Positions 25,401 to 38,600 are shown, counted from the stretch's first letter. The stretch: 64,000 nucleotides of DNA from Heterodontus francisci (GCF_036365525.1 NC_090409.1:40930437-40994436); one strand, 5' to 3'. Program-made: numbers and translations. Notes: generated by a model not told the origin, from the sequence alone.

Positions 25401-28400
25401 AATCGTGGGGTTCGGGGGGTTTATATATAGAATAACAGATACCCGGGAGTGAGTTGCAGACTGGAATCTAATCGAGGGGTTCGGGGGGTTTATATATAGA
25501 ATAACAGATACCCGGGAGTGAGTTACAGACTGGAATCTAATCGAGGGGTTCAGTGGGGTTCATATATAGAATAACAGATACCCGGGAGTGAGTTACAGAC
25601 TGGAATCAAATCGAGGGGTTCGGGGTGGTTTCGATATAGAATAACAGATACCCGGGAGTGAGTTACAGACTGGAATCTAATCGAGGGGTTTGGGGTGGTT
25701 TCGATATAGAATAACAGATACCCGGGAGTGAGTTACAGACTGGAATCTAATCGAGGGGTTCGGGGTGGTTTATATATAGAATAACAGATACCCGGGAGTG
25801 AGTTACAGACTGGAATCTAATCGAGGGGTTCGGGGGGTTTATATATAGAATAACAGATACCCAGGAGTGAGTTACCGACTGGAATCTAATCGAGGGGTTC
25901 GGTGGGGTTTATATATAGAATAACAGATACCCGGGAGTGAGTTACAGACTGGAATCTAATCGAGGGGTTCGGGGTGGTTTATATATAGAATAACAGATAC
26001 CCGGGAGTGAGTTACAGACTGGAATCTAATCGAGGGGTTCGGGGGAGGTTTATATATAGAATAACAGATACCGGGGAGTGAGTTACAGACTGGAATCTAA
26101 TCGAGGGGTTCGGGGGAGGTTTATATATAGAATAACAGATACCCGGGAGTGAGTTACAGACTGGAATCTAATCGAGGGGTTCGGGGGGTTTATATATAAA
26201 ATAACAAATACCCGGGAGTGAGTTACAGACTGGAATCTAATCGAGGGGTTCGGGGGAGGTTTATATATAGAATAACAGATACCGGGGAGTGAGTTACAGA
26301 CTGGAATCTAATCGAGGGGTTCGGGGTGGTTTATATATAGAATAACAAATACCCGGGAGTGAGTTACAGACTGGAATCTAATCGAGGGGTTCAGGGATGG
26401 TTTATATATAGAATAACAGATACCCGGGAGTGAGTTACAGACTGGAATCTAATCGAGGGGTTCAGGGTGGTTTTTATATAGAATAACAAATACCCGGGAG
26501 TGAGTTACAGACTGGAATCTAATCGAGGGGTTCAGGGATGGTTTATATATAGAATAACAGATACCCGGGAGTGAGTTACAGACTGGAATCTAATCGAGGG
26601 GTTCGGGGGGTTTATATATAGAATAACAAATACCCGGGAGTGAGTTACAGACTGGAATCTAATCGAGGGGTTCGGGGGAGGTTTATATATAGAATAACAG
26701 ATACCGGGGAGTGAGTTACAGACTGGAATCTAATCGAGGGGTTTGGGGGGTTTATATATAGAATAACAAATACCCGGGAGTCAGTTACAGACTGGAATCT
26801 AATCGAGGGGTTCCGTGGAGGTTTATATATAGAATAACAGATACCGGGGAGTGAGTTACAGACTGGAATCTAATCGAGGGGTTCGGGGTGGTTTATATAT
26901 AGAATAACAAATACCCGGGAGTGAGTTACAGACTGGAATCTAATCGAGGGGTTCAGGGATGGTTTATATATAGAATAACAGATACCCGGGAGTGAGTTAC
27001 AGACTGGAATCTAATCGAGGGGTTCGGGGGGTTTATATATAGAATAACAGATACCCGGGAGTGAGTTACAGACTGGAATCTAATCGAGGGGTTCTGGGGG
27101 TTTATATATAGAATAACTGATACCCGGGAGTGAGTTACAGACTGGAATCTAATCGAGGGGTTCGGGGGGGGGTTTATATATAGAATAACAGATACCCGGG
27201 AGTGAGTTACAGACTGGAATCTAATCGAGGGGTTCGGGGTGGTTTATATATAGAATAACAGATACCCGGGAGTGAGTTACAGACTGGAATCTAATCGAGG
27301 GGTTTGGGGGGTTTATATATAGAATAACAAACACCCGGGAGTGAGTTACAGACTGGAATCTAATCGAGGGGTTCGGGGGAGGTTTATATATAGAATAACA
27401 GAAACCGGGGAGTGAGTTACAGACTGGAATCTAATCGAGGGGTTCGGGGGAGGTTTATATATAGAATAACAGATACCGGGGAGTGAGTTACAGACTGGAA
27501 TCTAATCGAGGGGTTCAGGGGTTTATATATAGAATAACAGATACCCGGGAGTGAGTTACAGACTGAAATCTAATCGAGGGGTTCGGGGGTTTATATATAG
27601 AATAACAGATACCCGGGAGTGAGTTACAGACTGGAATCTAATCGAGGGGTTCGGGGGTTTATATATAGAATAACAGATACCCGGGAGTGAGTTACAGACT
27701 GGAATCTAATCGAGGGGTTCGGGGGGTTTATATATAGAATAACAGATACCCGGGAGTGAGTTACAGACTGGAATCTAATCGAGGGGTTCGGGGGTTTATA
27801 TATAGAATAACAAATACCCGGGAGTGAGTTACAGACTGGAATCTAATCGAGGGGTTCGGGGGGTTTATATATAGAATAACAGATACCCGGGAGTGAGATA
27901 CAGACTGGAATCTAATCGAGGGGTTCGGGGGGTTTATATATAGAATAACAGATACCCGGGAGTGAGTTACAGACTGGAATCTAATCGAGGGGTTCGGGGG
28001 GTTTATATATAGAATAACAGATACCCGGGAGTGAGATACAGACTGGAATCTAATCGAGGGGTTCGGGGGGTTTATATATAGAATAACAGATACCCGGGAG
28101 TGAGTTACAGACTGGAATCTAATCGAGGGGTTCGGGGGGTTTATATATAGAATAACAGATACCCGGGAGTGAGTTACAGACTGGAATCTAATCGAGGAGT
28201 TCGGGGGGTTTATATATAGAATAACAGATACCCTGGAGTGAGTTACAGACTGGAATCTAATCGAGGAGTTCGGGGGGTTTATATATAGAATAACAGATAC
28301 CCGGGAGTGAGTTACAGACTGGAATCTAATCGAGGGGTTCGGGGGGTTTATATATAGAATAACAGATACCCGGGAGTGAGTTACAGACTGGAATCTAATC

Positions 28401-28525
28401 GAGGAGTTCGGGGGGTTTATATATAGAATAACAGATACCCGGGAGTGAGTTACAGACTGGAATCTAAACAACGGGTTCTGTGGTGGGTTTATGTATAGAA
28501 TTACAGACACGATGGAATCTAATCT
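22490..28525. repeat. 69-bp satellite array, about 85 copies
   Basis: Same unit and orientation as 9435-20537. Confidence 0.97.
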
Positions 28526-28597
28526 GTCTTTGATTGCCTTTTCTCCCGATGTCGCGCTTGCTCTGATTTTGATTTTATAACGAAATCCAGTCTTGTG

Positions 28598-29840
28598 GAG
28601 GTTACAGAGATAGGGAGGATTGTAGGGGCTGGAGGAGGTTACAGAGATCGGGAGGGTTGTAGGGGTTGGAGGAGGTTACAGAGATAGGGAGGGTTTTGGG
28701 GCTGGAGGAGGTTACAGTGATAGGGAGGGCTGTAGGGTCTGGAGGAGGTTACAGTGATAGGGAGGGCTGTAGGGGCTGGAGGAGGTTACAGAGATAGGGA
28801 GGGTTGTAGGGGCTGGAGGAGGTTACAGTGATAGGGAGGGTTGCATGGGCTGGAGGAGGTTACAGTGATAGGGAGGGCTGGAGGAGGTTACAGAGATAGG
28901 GAGGGTTGCATGGGCTGGAGGAGGTTACAGTGATAGGGAGGGCTGGAGGAGGTTACAGAGATAGGGAGGGTTGTATGGGCTGGAGGAGGTTACAGTGATA
29001 GGGAGGGCTGGAGGAGGTTACAGAGATAGGGAGGGTTGTATGGGCTGGAGGAGGTTACAGTGATAGGGAGGGCTGTCGGGGCTGGAGGAGGTTACAGAGA
29101 TAGGGAGGGTTGTCGGGGCTGGAGGAAGTTACTGAGATAGTGAGGGTTGTAGGAACTGGAGGAGGTTACTGTGATAGGGAGGGTTGTAGGGACCTAAGGT
29201 GGTTATAGAGATAGGGAGGGTTGTAGGTACTGGAGGAGGTTACAGAGATAGGGAGGTTTGTAGGGACTGGAGGAGGTTACAGAGATAGGGAGGGTTGTAG
29301 GGACTGGAGGAGGTTACTGTGATCGGGAGGATTGTAGGGACCTAAGGTGGTTATAGAGATAGGGAGGGTTGTAGGAGCTGGAGGAAGTTACAGAGATAGG
29401 GAGGGTTGTAGGGGCTGGAGGAGGTTACAGAGATAGGGAGGGTTGTAGGGACTTGAGGAGGTTACAGAGATAGGGAGGGTTGTAGGGACTGGAGGAGGTT
29501 ACAGAGATAGGGAGGCATAGGTGGTGATGGGTGATGAGACGGGTTTGTATCCTGAACCTCATCCCATGGAGAGATGCTTCACCGAGGTTATGAGCTGTCT
29601 GGTACAGCCGCAGGCAGTGGTCAGAAAGAGTGATGGAGTCGGTGGCGAGGGAGCAGAGTTTGTGTTGGGGACCGACGACTGTGTGAGAGGAATCGTCTGC
29701 TCGGTAATTCCTGGACGTCGGACAAGCAGCATGAACAGTTCGAGGCAGTGCAGAGGGGTCCAGAGATGTGGTAGGGATGTAGAGCTGGGTGTCTCGCGTA
29801 CAACTTGATCTGCTTGCAGATGATGTCCTCAGTGGTGTTG
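28598..29840 (-). mobile_element. L2 LINE ORF2 remnant (29520-29840) fused to a 37-bp array (28598-29515)
   Basis: Minus strand gives degenerate DII..., DTQLYI.TTSLDPS, CLSDVQ and GPQHKLCSLATDSI...CLRL.QT..NLG, typical of the L2 RT C-terminal region. Confidence 0.8.
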
Positions 29841-30035
29841 CACCAAAGGTCAACGAGATGAAGGCTGTTTATTTTAGAAACCCTGATTGATTTCCCTGAC
29901 CATCTCCCTGTTGATACGTCTTGTGTTCTCTTTATCTCTTTGCAGCTGTCTGTTGCCTTGCTCTCTTGGGCTTTCGGATATTGGAGAGATTTACAGAACG
30001 AAGGTAAAGCTTGGACAGTGGTTCTGAGCGTCATG

Positions 30036-31937
30036 TGTCACGACCGGGCGAGGAAGGGGTCTCGGGCTCCCCTCTGGCCCTTTCCCTGGTTTGGCCGTAA
30101 CAGTGTTTAACTGTTCTTTGCTTCCCCTGAGTTGAGTCCTTGCTCACTGCTCTCTGATTGTGATTGTAAATGAGCCAATCAGACGGGCTTTCTTAGGTTT
30201 AAGCAAGAAAGATGTAAGTTTGTTAAACTTAACACACTACCTCAGTTAAAATTGCTAAAAGTGAGCGACACGAGCACGCTGGCACGCCTACTCGATAAAC
30301 ACGCACACAAATAGGTACAGAGGTGGAGCAAGAATTGAAGGGGGATGGTTTGCAGTAGTAATTGGAATTCGGTTCCTGTTTTTAGTTTTGCTGTAAAGTC
30401 CTTGATTGGAGTTAAGTCTTGGCAGTTCTCGCTGGGGCCCAGTGCACACTTTCAAACTTGTTTCGTTTCGAGAGAGACAGACATGTTCGTCTTGACATTC
30501 AACTGCAGTCTCCCCAAACCTTTCTGTGAGGCGCAATTCACACTGCTCCCAGGTTGGCCAGCTCTTTGTTTGAAACAGCATCGTCTGTGAGGTTTGTTTT
30601 CAAAAGCTCTCCAGTCACACTCGGTTTGTGGGGGTGAGGTGGGCGGGGAGGGGGGGGGGAGCGCGGGTTGTGGGGGGCTGGTGGAATGCGGTCTCTTACA
30701 CAGACAGTGACCCTCAATGTCTTCTGATCATCACCACTGACCAAGCTCATCTCGCTAATTGAATCGGGGAGCACTCCCATTGTCTCTCAGAATGCAAATA
30801 GGCAGCCATGTTTTCAGCCGTTCAGCTCTCTTTAAACAAGTTATGTTCAACGTCCAGTAAAAGTTCAGATAGTGTTCCGTATGATGGAATTCATATGTCC
30901 CCATTTGGCCGGGGTGGTTTCCATCACAGATGCAGTTGCCCGAAGAATTGAACAAATCTAATTTACCTGTTACTTGAAGGCATGAAGGATGGAGAGATAA
31001 TGAAGATGCCAACCAGAGGACTGGTCCTGAATTTGGCTCCCTGCACGCCTTGCTTGGTGTTACGATGAAAACCCCACACGCCAAATGGAAAATATTAATT
31101 TCATCGTGCGGAACTTTGCCTGAGACTTTTACTGGAAATTGATACAAATAACTTTTAAAACAGAACAGCAGGCAGCCAAGATGGCCACGGACATTTGCAT
31201 GTGAAAAAGAACAAAGTATTAGACACATAGGAGACAGACATGATTGACTCAGCCTAGCCAGAACAACGGGGTGCTCTCTGATTCAGTTATCTGATATAGC
31301 CTTATCAATGTGGTGGTCAAAAGCCATCAGCACCCATTGGCTTTGAAAGAGCCAAACTGAGACCAGCACTGGAGAAAGCTGGGGATATAACCAGACAAAA
31401 TGCACAGGCAAGACACATTCATCGTTTTTCGTATTAGCTGGCGTTTAAGTTTTGAAATTGCACTGTCTAAATGAGGGAGATGACCGCCGGCATCAGGCAA
31501 ACCTCAGCAACCGGCATTCGGAAAAGGATTAATCAACTTAGCATCTATTAAGAGCACTGCAGGGCTTTGTTTTCGGAAAAGCAGGGATTGACTCCTGTTG
31601 AGGGTGTATTTCATGTTTGATGGATAGGATTTTCTCCATTTCTATTATTGTGTTTTAAGATTGTGTCCATTACATTATTGCGTTGTATGCATGAGACCTG
31701 TTCGACATGCTAACTCCCGGAAAGAGGTCTCCCTGAGATTTATGAACAATTACACAGGACTACTTTGAGTCATGATGGTTTTCAATCTCTCTTGTGGATA
31801 CAAGAAAATCTTATTGAGGGAACTTTTATGTCCTATTGAGTTCCCTCAATAAGATTTTCTTGTATCCACAAGAGAGATTGAAAACCATCATGACTCAAAT
31901 TAGTTTTCAAAACTCTACAACACATACACCGATAACA
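30036..31937. mobile_element. Possible solo LTR(s) or other unclassified interspersed repeat
   Basis: LTR-like termini TGTCACGAC at 30036, TGTTACGA at 31058 and ...TAACA at 31937; non-coding; no target-site duplication found. Confidence 0.35.
31764..31899. repeat. Perfect 61-bp inverted repeat with a 14-nt loop
   Basis: 31764-31824 is the exact reverse complement of 31839-31899. Confidence 0.97.
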
Positions 31938-31984
31938 TGACAACAGATAAACACATAACCACCACCATTTCTTGTTGATTTCAG

Positions 31985-32065
31985 GTGCCAGACTCTTTCT
32001 ACCTTGTCGGATGTAAAACAGACTGGACCACAACGTTCAATAAAAGTCTTTTGCAGTGTCAATCA
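31985..32065 (+). other. Putative non-coding terminal exon of gene A with polyA signal
   Basis: The donor right after the gene A stop needs a downstream exon. Acceptor ttcttgttgatttcag ends at 31984 and AATAAA is at 32039-32044. Confidence 0.45.
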
Positions 32066-32638
32066 TCCAACGGAGCCTCGAGTTCTTTGTCTGAACCATG
32101 GAGTTAAAGCCCGCCCACCACCGACACTGTCCATCCCCCGCGTGCTCCAAGCTCTTTCACACAAGCCCTGTCTTTGATGAATCAAGCTATTACTTCAATG
32201 TTCCCTCGTTTTTATCCTCGGCTGTTTTCCACAACTCTCCCGGGTTGTCGAGCCGGAGGTCTGAGAATGCACAGACGGAATCGCAAATGCTGAGGCTCGA
32301 GATCCAGTGCTGATCTCAAAGCTGAAGTGAGGTAAAATCCAAGAGTTTGAGAGACAGATCATGAGAAGGACAAGGGTTCACGTTTCACACGGGACGAGGT
32401 TTCTTTAACCCAAACAGTATTATCAGCAGAAGGACTGCAGCCGAATTGCCCAAGATGAGTGCATACAAGAGGATGGGATGTCTGCACGATTCTGAAAGCA
32501 GAGGGTTATTGCCTGATTATTATTACAGATCGCAAAACCCGAACTGCCTGCCCTCCTTAACTCTCCTGAACGCAGTTCCTCCTGCTCTCTTATCTAGATC
32601 CGCATTTTTCATATATGAGCACCAGAGGGTGAGGCTAT

Positions 32639-35600
32639 TCAACCTGGAGAGGAGGCAGAACAGCCAATAATATCCTGGTCCAATCTGCACCTTCTCCTTT
32701 GTTATCTCTTGCCCAACCCCCACCTCACTTGTTTATAATCTGTGACTTTTCTAATATTTGTCAGTTCCGAAGAAGGGTCACTGACCCGAAACGTTAACTC
32801 GGCTTCACTTTCCACAGATGCTGCCAGACCTGCTGAGTGAATCCAGCATTTCCCTCAGTACTGACCCTCCGACAGTGCGGCACTCCCTCAGTACTGACCC
32901 TCCGACAGTGCAGCACTCCCTCAGTACTGACCCTCCGACAGTGCAGCACTCCCTCAGTCCTGACCCTCCGACAGTTCAGCACTCCCTGAGTACTGACCCT
33001 CCGACAGTGCAGCGCTCCCTCAGTACTGACCCTCCGACAGTGCAGCACTCCCTCAGTCCTGACCCTCCGACAGTTCAGCACACCCTGAGTACTGACCCTC
33101 CGACAGTGCAGCGCTCCCTCAGTACTGACCCTCCGACAGTGCAGCACTCCCTCAGTACTGACCCTCCGACAGTGCGGCACTCCCTCAGTACTGACCCTCC
33201 GACAGTGCAGCACTCCCTCAGTACTGACCCTCCGACAGTGCGGCGTTCCCTCAGTACTGACCCTCCGACAGTGCGGCGTTCACTCAGTACTGACCCTCCG
33301 ACAGTGCGGCACTCCTTCAGTACTGACCCTCCGACAGTGCGGCACTCCCTCAGTACTGACCCTCCAACAGTGCGGCACTCCCTCAGTACTGACCCTCCGA
33401 CAGTGCGGCACTCCCTCAGTACTGACCCTCCGACAGTGCGGCAGTCCCTCAGTACTGACCCTCCGACAGTGCGGCACTCCCTCAGTACTGACCCTCCGAC
33501 AGTGCGGCACTCCCTCAGTACTGACCCTCCGACAGTGCGGCACTGCCTCAGTACTGACCCTCCGACAGTGCAGCACTCCTTCAGTACTGACCCTCCGACA
33601 GTGCGGCGTTCACTCAGTACTGACCCTCCGACAGTGCGGCGTTCCCTCAGTACTGACCCTCCGACTGTGCGGCACTCCCTCAGTGCTCACCCTCCGACAG
33701 TGCAGCACTCCCTCAGTCCTGACCCTCCGACAGTGCAGCACTCCCTCAGTACTGACCCTCCGACATTGCGGCGTTCACTCAGTACTGACCCTCCGACAGT
33801 GTCGCACTCCCTCAGTACTGACCCTCCGACAGTGCAGCACTCCCTCAGTACTGACCCTCCGACAGTGTCGCACTCCCTCAGTACTGACCCTCCGACAGTG
33901 TCGCACTCCCTCAGTACTGACCCTCCGACAGTGTCGCACTCCCTCAGTACTGACCCTCCGACTGTGCGGCACTCCCTCAGTGCTCACCCTCCGACAGTGC
34001 AGCACTCCCTCAGTCCTGACCCTCCGACAGTGCGGCACTCCCTCAGTACTGACCCTCCGACATTGCGGCACTCCCTCAGTACTGACCCTTGACAGTGTAG
34101 CACTCCCTCAGTACTGACCCTTGACAGTGCGGCGCTCCCTCAGTACTGACCCTCCGACAGTGTCGCACTCCCTCAGTACTGACCCTCCGACAGTGTCGCA
34201 CTCCCTCAGTACTGACCCTCCGACTGTGCGGCACTCCCTCAGTGCTCACCCTCCGACAGTGCAGCACTCCCTCAGTCCTGACCCTCCGACAGTGCGGCAC
34301 TCCCTCAGTACTGACCCTCCGACATTGCGGCGCTCCCTCAGTACTGACCCTCCGACAGTGTCGCACTCCCTCAGTACTGACCCTCCGACAGTGCGGCGCT
34401 CCCTCAGTACTGACCCTCCGACAGTGTCGCACTCCCTCAGTACTGACCCTCCGACAGTGCGGCACTCCCTCAGTACTGACCCTCCGACAGTGCGGCACTC
34501 CCTCAGTGCTCACCCTCCGACAGTGTCGCACTCCCTCAGTACTGACCCTCCGACAGTGTCGCACTCCCTCAGTACTGACCCTCCGACAGTGTCGCACTCC
34601 CTCAGTACTGACCCTTGACAGTGTAGCTCTCCCGCACTGGCTTATGGGACTTGTGTTTCTGCAGTGGAGCCCCAAGCAGAGAGATCCTGACTGAGTGGGG
34701 AAAGAGAGCGAGCTAAATCCAGGGCGTCACAGCGACAGCAGTGGATACCGGAGCTCAAGACCCCCGGGAAGGAGAGATAGAGAGAGAGGAGAGGGTCTCT
34801 TACCACTCAGAGCGATGTACTGCCTGCGTTCGAGGACGCCACCCGCTGTGTGGTGCAGGAGGCAGGTGTATTTCACCTCATTGTCCAGGCTCCTGGAGGA
34901 GAGCTCCAGGTGGCTTGCCAATCTGTAGGACCCATCGCTGGCAGGCAGGAGCGACAGACTCCAATTCCCGGCCGTCACCGACGCACCGTTCCTCAGCCAC
35001 TCGATGCGGGTAGCGTTCGGGTCGGGAACCCTTGTCTCGCAGGAGACACGGCGTTGCTGGGCAGCATCACAGGAGCAGTTGGAAGGAGGGGACAAGACGA
35101 GCGGTTCTGTAGGAGGAAATGTGGGTGTGGGTTAGTTATGTTGTGTTTGTCTTCAACGCCAAGCGATTCTCTTTACATAAGACCTTCAGGAATAGGAGCA
35201 GGGGGTCATATCAGGGGCCCCTCGATCCTGCGCACCCAAGATCATGGCTGATCTACCTCATCTCCCCTTCCCCACCCTATCCCTCGATTCCCTCAGCGCA
35301 CAAAAATTAATCGATTTCAGTCTGGAATTTACTCAACGACTGATCATCTACAGTTCTCTGGGTTAGAGAATTCCAGAGATTCCCAACCCTCTGAGTGAAG
35401 ACATTTCTCCTCATCTCAGTCCCCAATGGCTGATCCCTTACCCTGAGACTGCACTGTCGGAGAGTCAGTACTGAGGGAGTGCTGCACTGTCGGAGGGTCA
35501 GTACTGAGGGAGTGCTGCACTGTCGGTGGATCAGTACTGAGGGAGTGCTGCACTGTCGAAGATTCAGTACTGAGGGAGTGCTGCACTGTCGGAGGGTCAG

Positions 35601-38600
35601 TACTGAGGGAGTGCTGCACTGTCGAAGACTCAGTACTGAGGGAGTGCTGCACTGTCGGAGGGTCAGTACTGAGGGAGTGCTGCACTGTCGGAGGGTCAGT
35701 ACTGAGGGAGTGCTGCACTGTCGGAGGGTCAGTACTGAGGGAGTGCCGCACTGTCGGAGAGTCAGTACTGAGGGAGTGCCGCACTGTCGGAGGGTCAGTA
35801 CTGAGGGAGTGCCGCACTGTCGGAGTGTCAGTACTGAGGGAGTGCTGCACTGTCAAAGACTCAGTACTGAGGGAGTGCTGCACTGTCGGAGGTGCCGTCT
35901 TTCAGAAGAGACATTAAACTGAGGCCCCCGTCTGCCCTCTCAGGTGGGTGTAAAAGAACCCACGGCCACTATTTGGAAGAAGAGCGGGGGGGAGGAGTTC
36001 TCCCCGGTGTCCTGGGGACAATATTTATCCCTCGACCAACATCACTAAAAAAAATAACAGACGTTCTGGGTCATTATCACATTGCAGTTTGTGGGATCTT
36101 GCTGTGCGCAAATCGGCTGCTGCGTTTCCTACATTACAGCGGAGAGCACACTTCCCAAAAAAAAAAAGATCTTTGACTGTGAGGGGCTTGGGGACGTCCT
36201 GAGCTGGGGAAAGGCATTGGAGAAATGTCAATTATTGGTTGTCACCCTCACCGTGAACAAATAGCCTCGTCCCTTGACCTTTCTTTATGGAGCTCTGGTA
36301 ACCCACGAGAAAGGAGATGTAACAGTAATACGTCTCAGAGTCGTTCAGCTGAAGGGTGTCGATCTGGAGTGTGTAGTTACGCCTGCCGCTGTGTTTGATG
36401 AATGCCAGTCGGTCTTGGAAGCGCCCCTGTGTGTCAGGGTATATTACTGTTGGTTCTTCATTCAGCTGTCGAAACACCCAGTAGACGGAACTCCGATAGA
36501 TTTTCTCCTGGTCTGCCGTGTAGCTGCAGTTCAACGAGACAGACTGCCCCTTCAGTCGACTGACAAAGGAGGGCTCCTGTATGACCACCAGGGCACCCTT
36601 CGTACAACCTGAAAGGACACGAAGTGACCAAAAGCTCGGTCAGAGAGGTCGGTTTGTTTAAGGAGCGTCTGAGAGGAGGAGGAGAGAGAGAGAGAGAGAG
36701 GCGGAGAGGTTTAGGGAGGGAATTCCGGAGCTTAGGGCCCCCAGGGCAGCTGAAGGCACGGCCGCCAATGGTGGAGCGATGGGAATCGGGGGATGGGCGA
36801 GAGGGCGGAATTGGAGGGAGCGCAGAGATCTCGGAGGATTGTAGGGCCTGGAGGAGGTTACAGATATAGGGAAGGTTGTAGGGGCTGGAGGAGGTTACAG
36901 AGATAGGGAGGGTTGTAGGGACTGGAGGAGGTTACAGAGATAGGGAAGGTTGTCGGGGCTGGAGGAGGTTACAGAGACAGGGAGGATTGTCGGGGCTGGA
37001 GAAGGTTACAGAGATAGGGAGGGGTGTAGGGGCTGGAGGAGGTTACAGAGATTAGAATTAGAATTAGAACATTACAGCGCAGTACAGGCCCTTCGGCCCT
37101 CGATGTTGCGCCGACCTGTAAAACCATCTGACCTACACTATTCCATTTTCATCCATATGTCTATCCAATGACCACTTAAATGCCCTTAAAGTTGGCGAGT
37201 CTACTACTGCTGCAGGCAGGGCGTTCCACGCCCCTACTACTCTCTGAGTGAAGAAACTACCTCTGACATCTGTCCCATATCTATCACCCCTCAACTTAAA
37301 GCTATGTCCCCTCGTGTTTGCCATCACCATCCGAGGAAAAAGACTCTCACTATCCACCCTATCTAACCCTCTGATTATCTTATATGTCTCTATTAAGTCA
37401 CCTCTCCTCCTCCTTCTCTCCAAAGAAAACAACCTCAAGTCCCTCAGCCTTTCCTCGTAAGACCTTCCCTCCATACCAGGCAACATCCTAATAAATCTCC
37501 TCTGCACCCTTTCCATAGCTTCCACATCCTTCCTATAATGCGGTAACCAGAACTGCACGCAATACTCCAGGTGCGGTCTCACCAGAGTTTTGTACAGCTG
37601 CAGCATGACCTCGTGGCTCCGAAACTCGATCCCCCTACTAATAAAAGCTAACACACCATATGCCTTCTTAACAGCCCTATTAACCTGGGTAGCAACTTTC
37701 AGGGATTTATGTACCTGGACACCAAGATCTCTCTGCTCATCTACACTACCAAGAATCTTCCCATTAGCCCAGTACTCTGCATTCCTGTTACTCCTTCCAA
37801 AGTGAATCACCTCACACTTCTCCGCATTAAACTCCATTTGCCATCTCTCAGCCCAGCTCTGCAGCCTATGTCCCTCTGTAACCTACAACATCCTTCGGCA
37901 CTATCCACAACTCCACCGACCTTCGTGTCATCCGCAAATTTACTAACCCACCCTTCGACACCCTCATCCAGGTCATTTATAAAAATGACAAACAGCAGTG
38001 GCCCCAAAACAGATCCTTGCGGTACACCACTAGTAACTAAACTCCAGGATGAACATTTGCCATCAACCACCACCCTCTGTCTTCTTTCAGCTAGCCAATT
38101 TCTGATCCAAAGCTCTAAATCACCTTCAATCCCATACTTCCGTATTTTCTGCAATAGCCTACCGTGGGGAACCTTATCAAACGCCTTACTGAAATCCATA
38201 TACACCACATCCACTGCTTTACCCTCATCCACCTGTTTGGTCACCTTCTCGAAAAACTCAATAAGGTTTGTGAGGCACGACCTACCCTTCACAAAACCGT
38301 GCTGACTATCGCTAATGAACTTATTCTTTTCAAGATGATTATAAATCCTGTCTCTTATAACCTTTTCCAACATTTTACCCACAACCGAAGTAAGGCTCAC
38401 AGGTCTATAATTACCAGGGCTGTCTCTACTCCCCTTCTTGAACAAGGGGCCAACATTTGCTATCCTCCAGTCTTCCGGTAGGGAGAGAGGGAGGGTTGTA
38501 GGGACTGGAGGAGGTTACAGAGATAGGGAGGGTTGTAGGGTCTGGAGGAGGTAACAGAGAGAGGGAGGGTTGTAGGGGCTGGAGGAGGTTACAGAGATAG

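Noticed and set aside
9435-28525. CRISPR-like regular repeats
   Set aside because: Head-to-tail units with no unique spacers, in eukaryotic DNA with no cas genes.
30967-31131. Possible phase 1-1 minus-strand exon that might extend gene B with a membrane segment
   Set aside because: It lies in LTR-like sequence beyond a stronger proximal acceptor and has no convincing 20-aa hydrophobic helix; not formally excluded.
32818-34694. Mucin-like [10 protein letters not shown] repeat ORFs
   Set aside because: 33-bp SINE-derived minisatellite; the same unit recurs at several non-genic sites in both orientations.
36252-36608. Naming gene B as NCR3/NKp30, an Ig light chain or a TCR
   Set aside because: NKp30 has no C1 domain and has a transmembrane segment; IgL/TCR J segments have F/W-G-x-G and normally RSS-flanked segments. 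No symbol was assigned without a database search.
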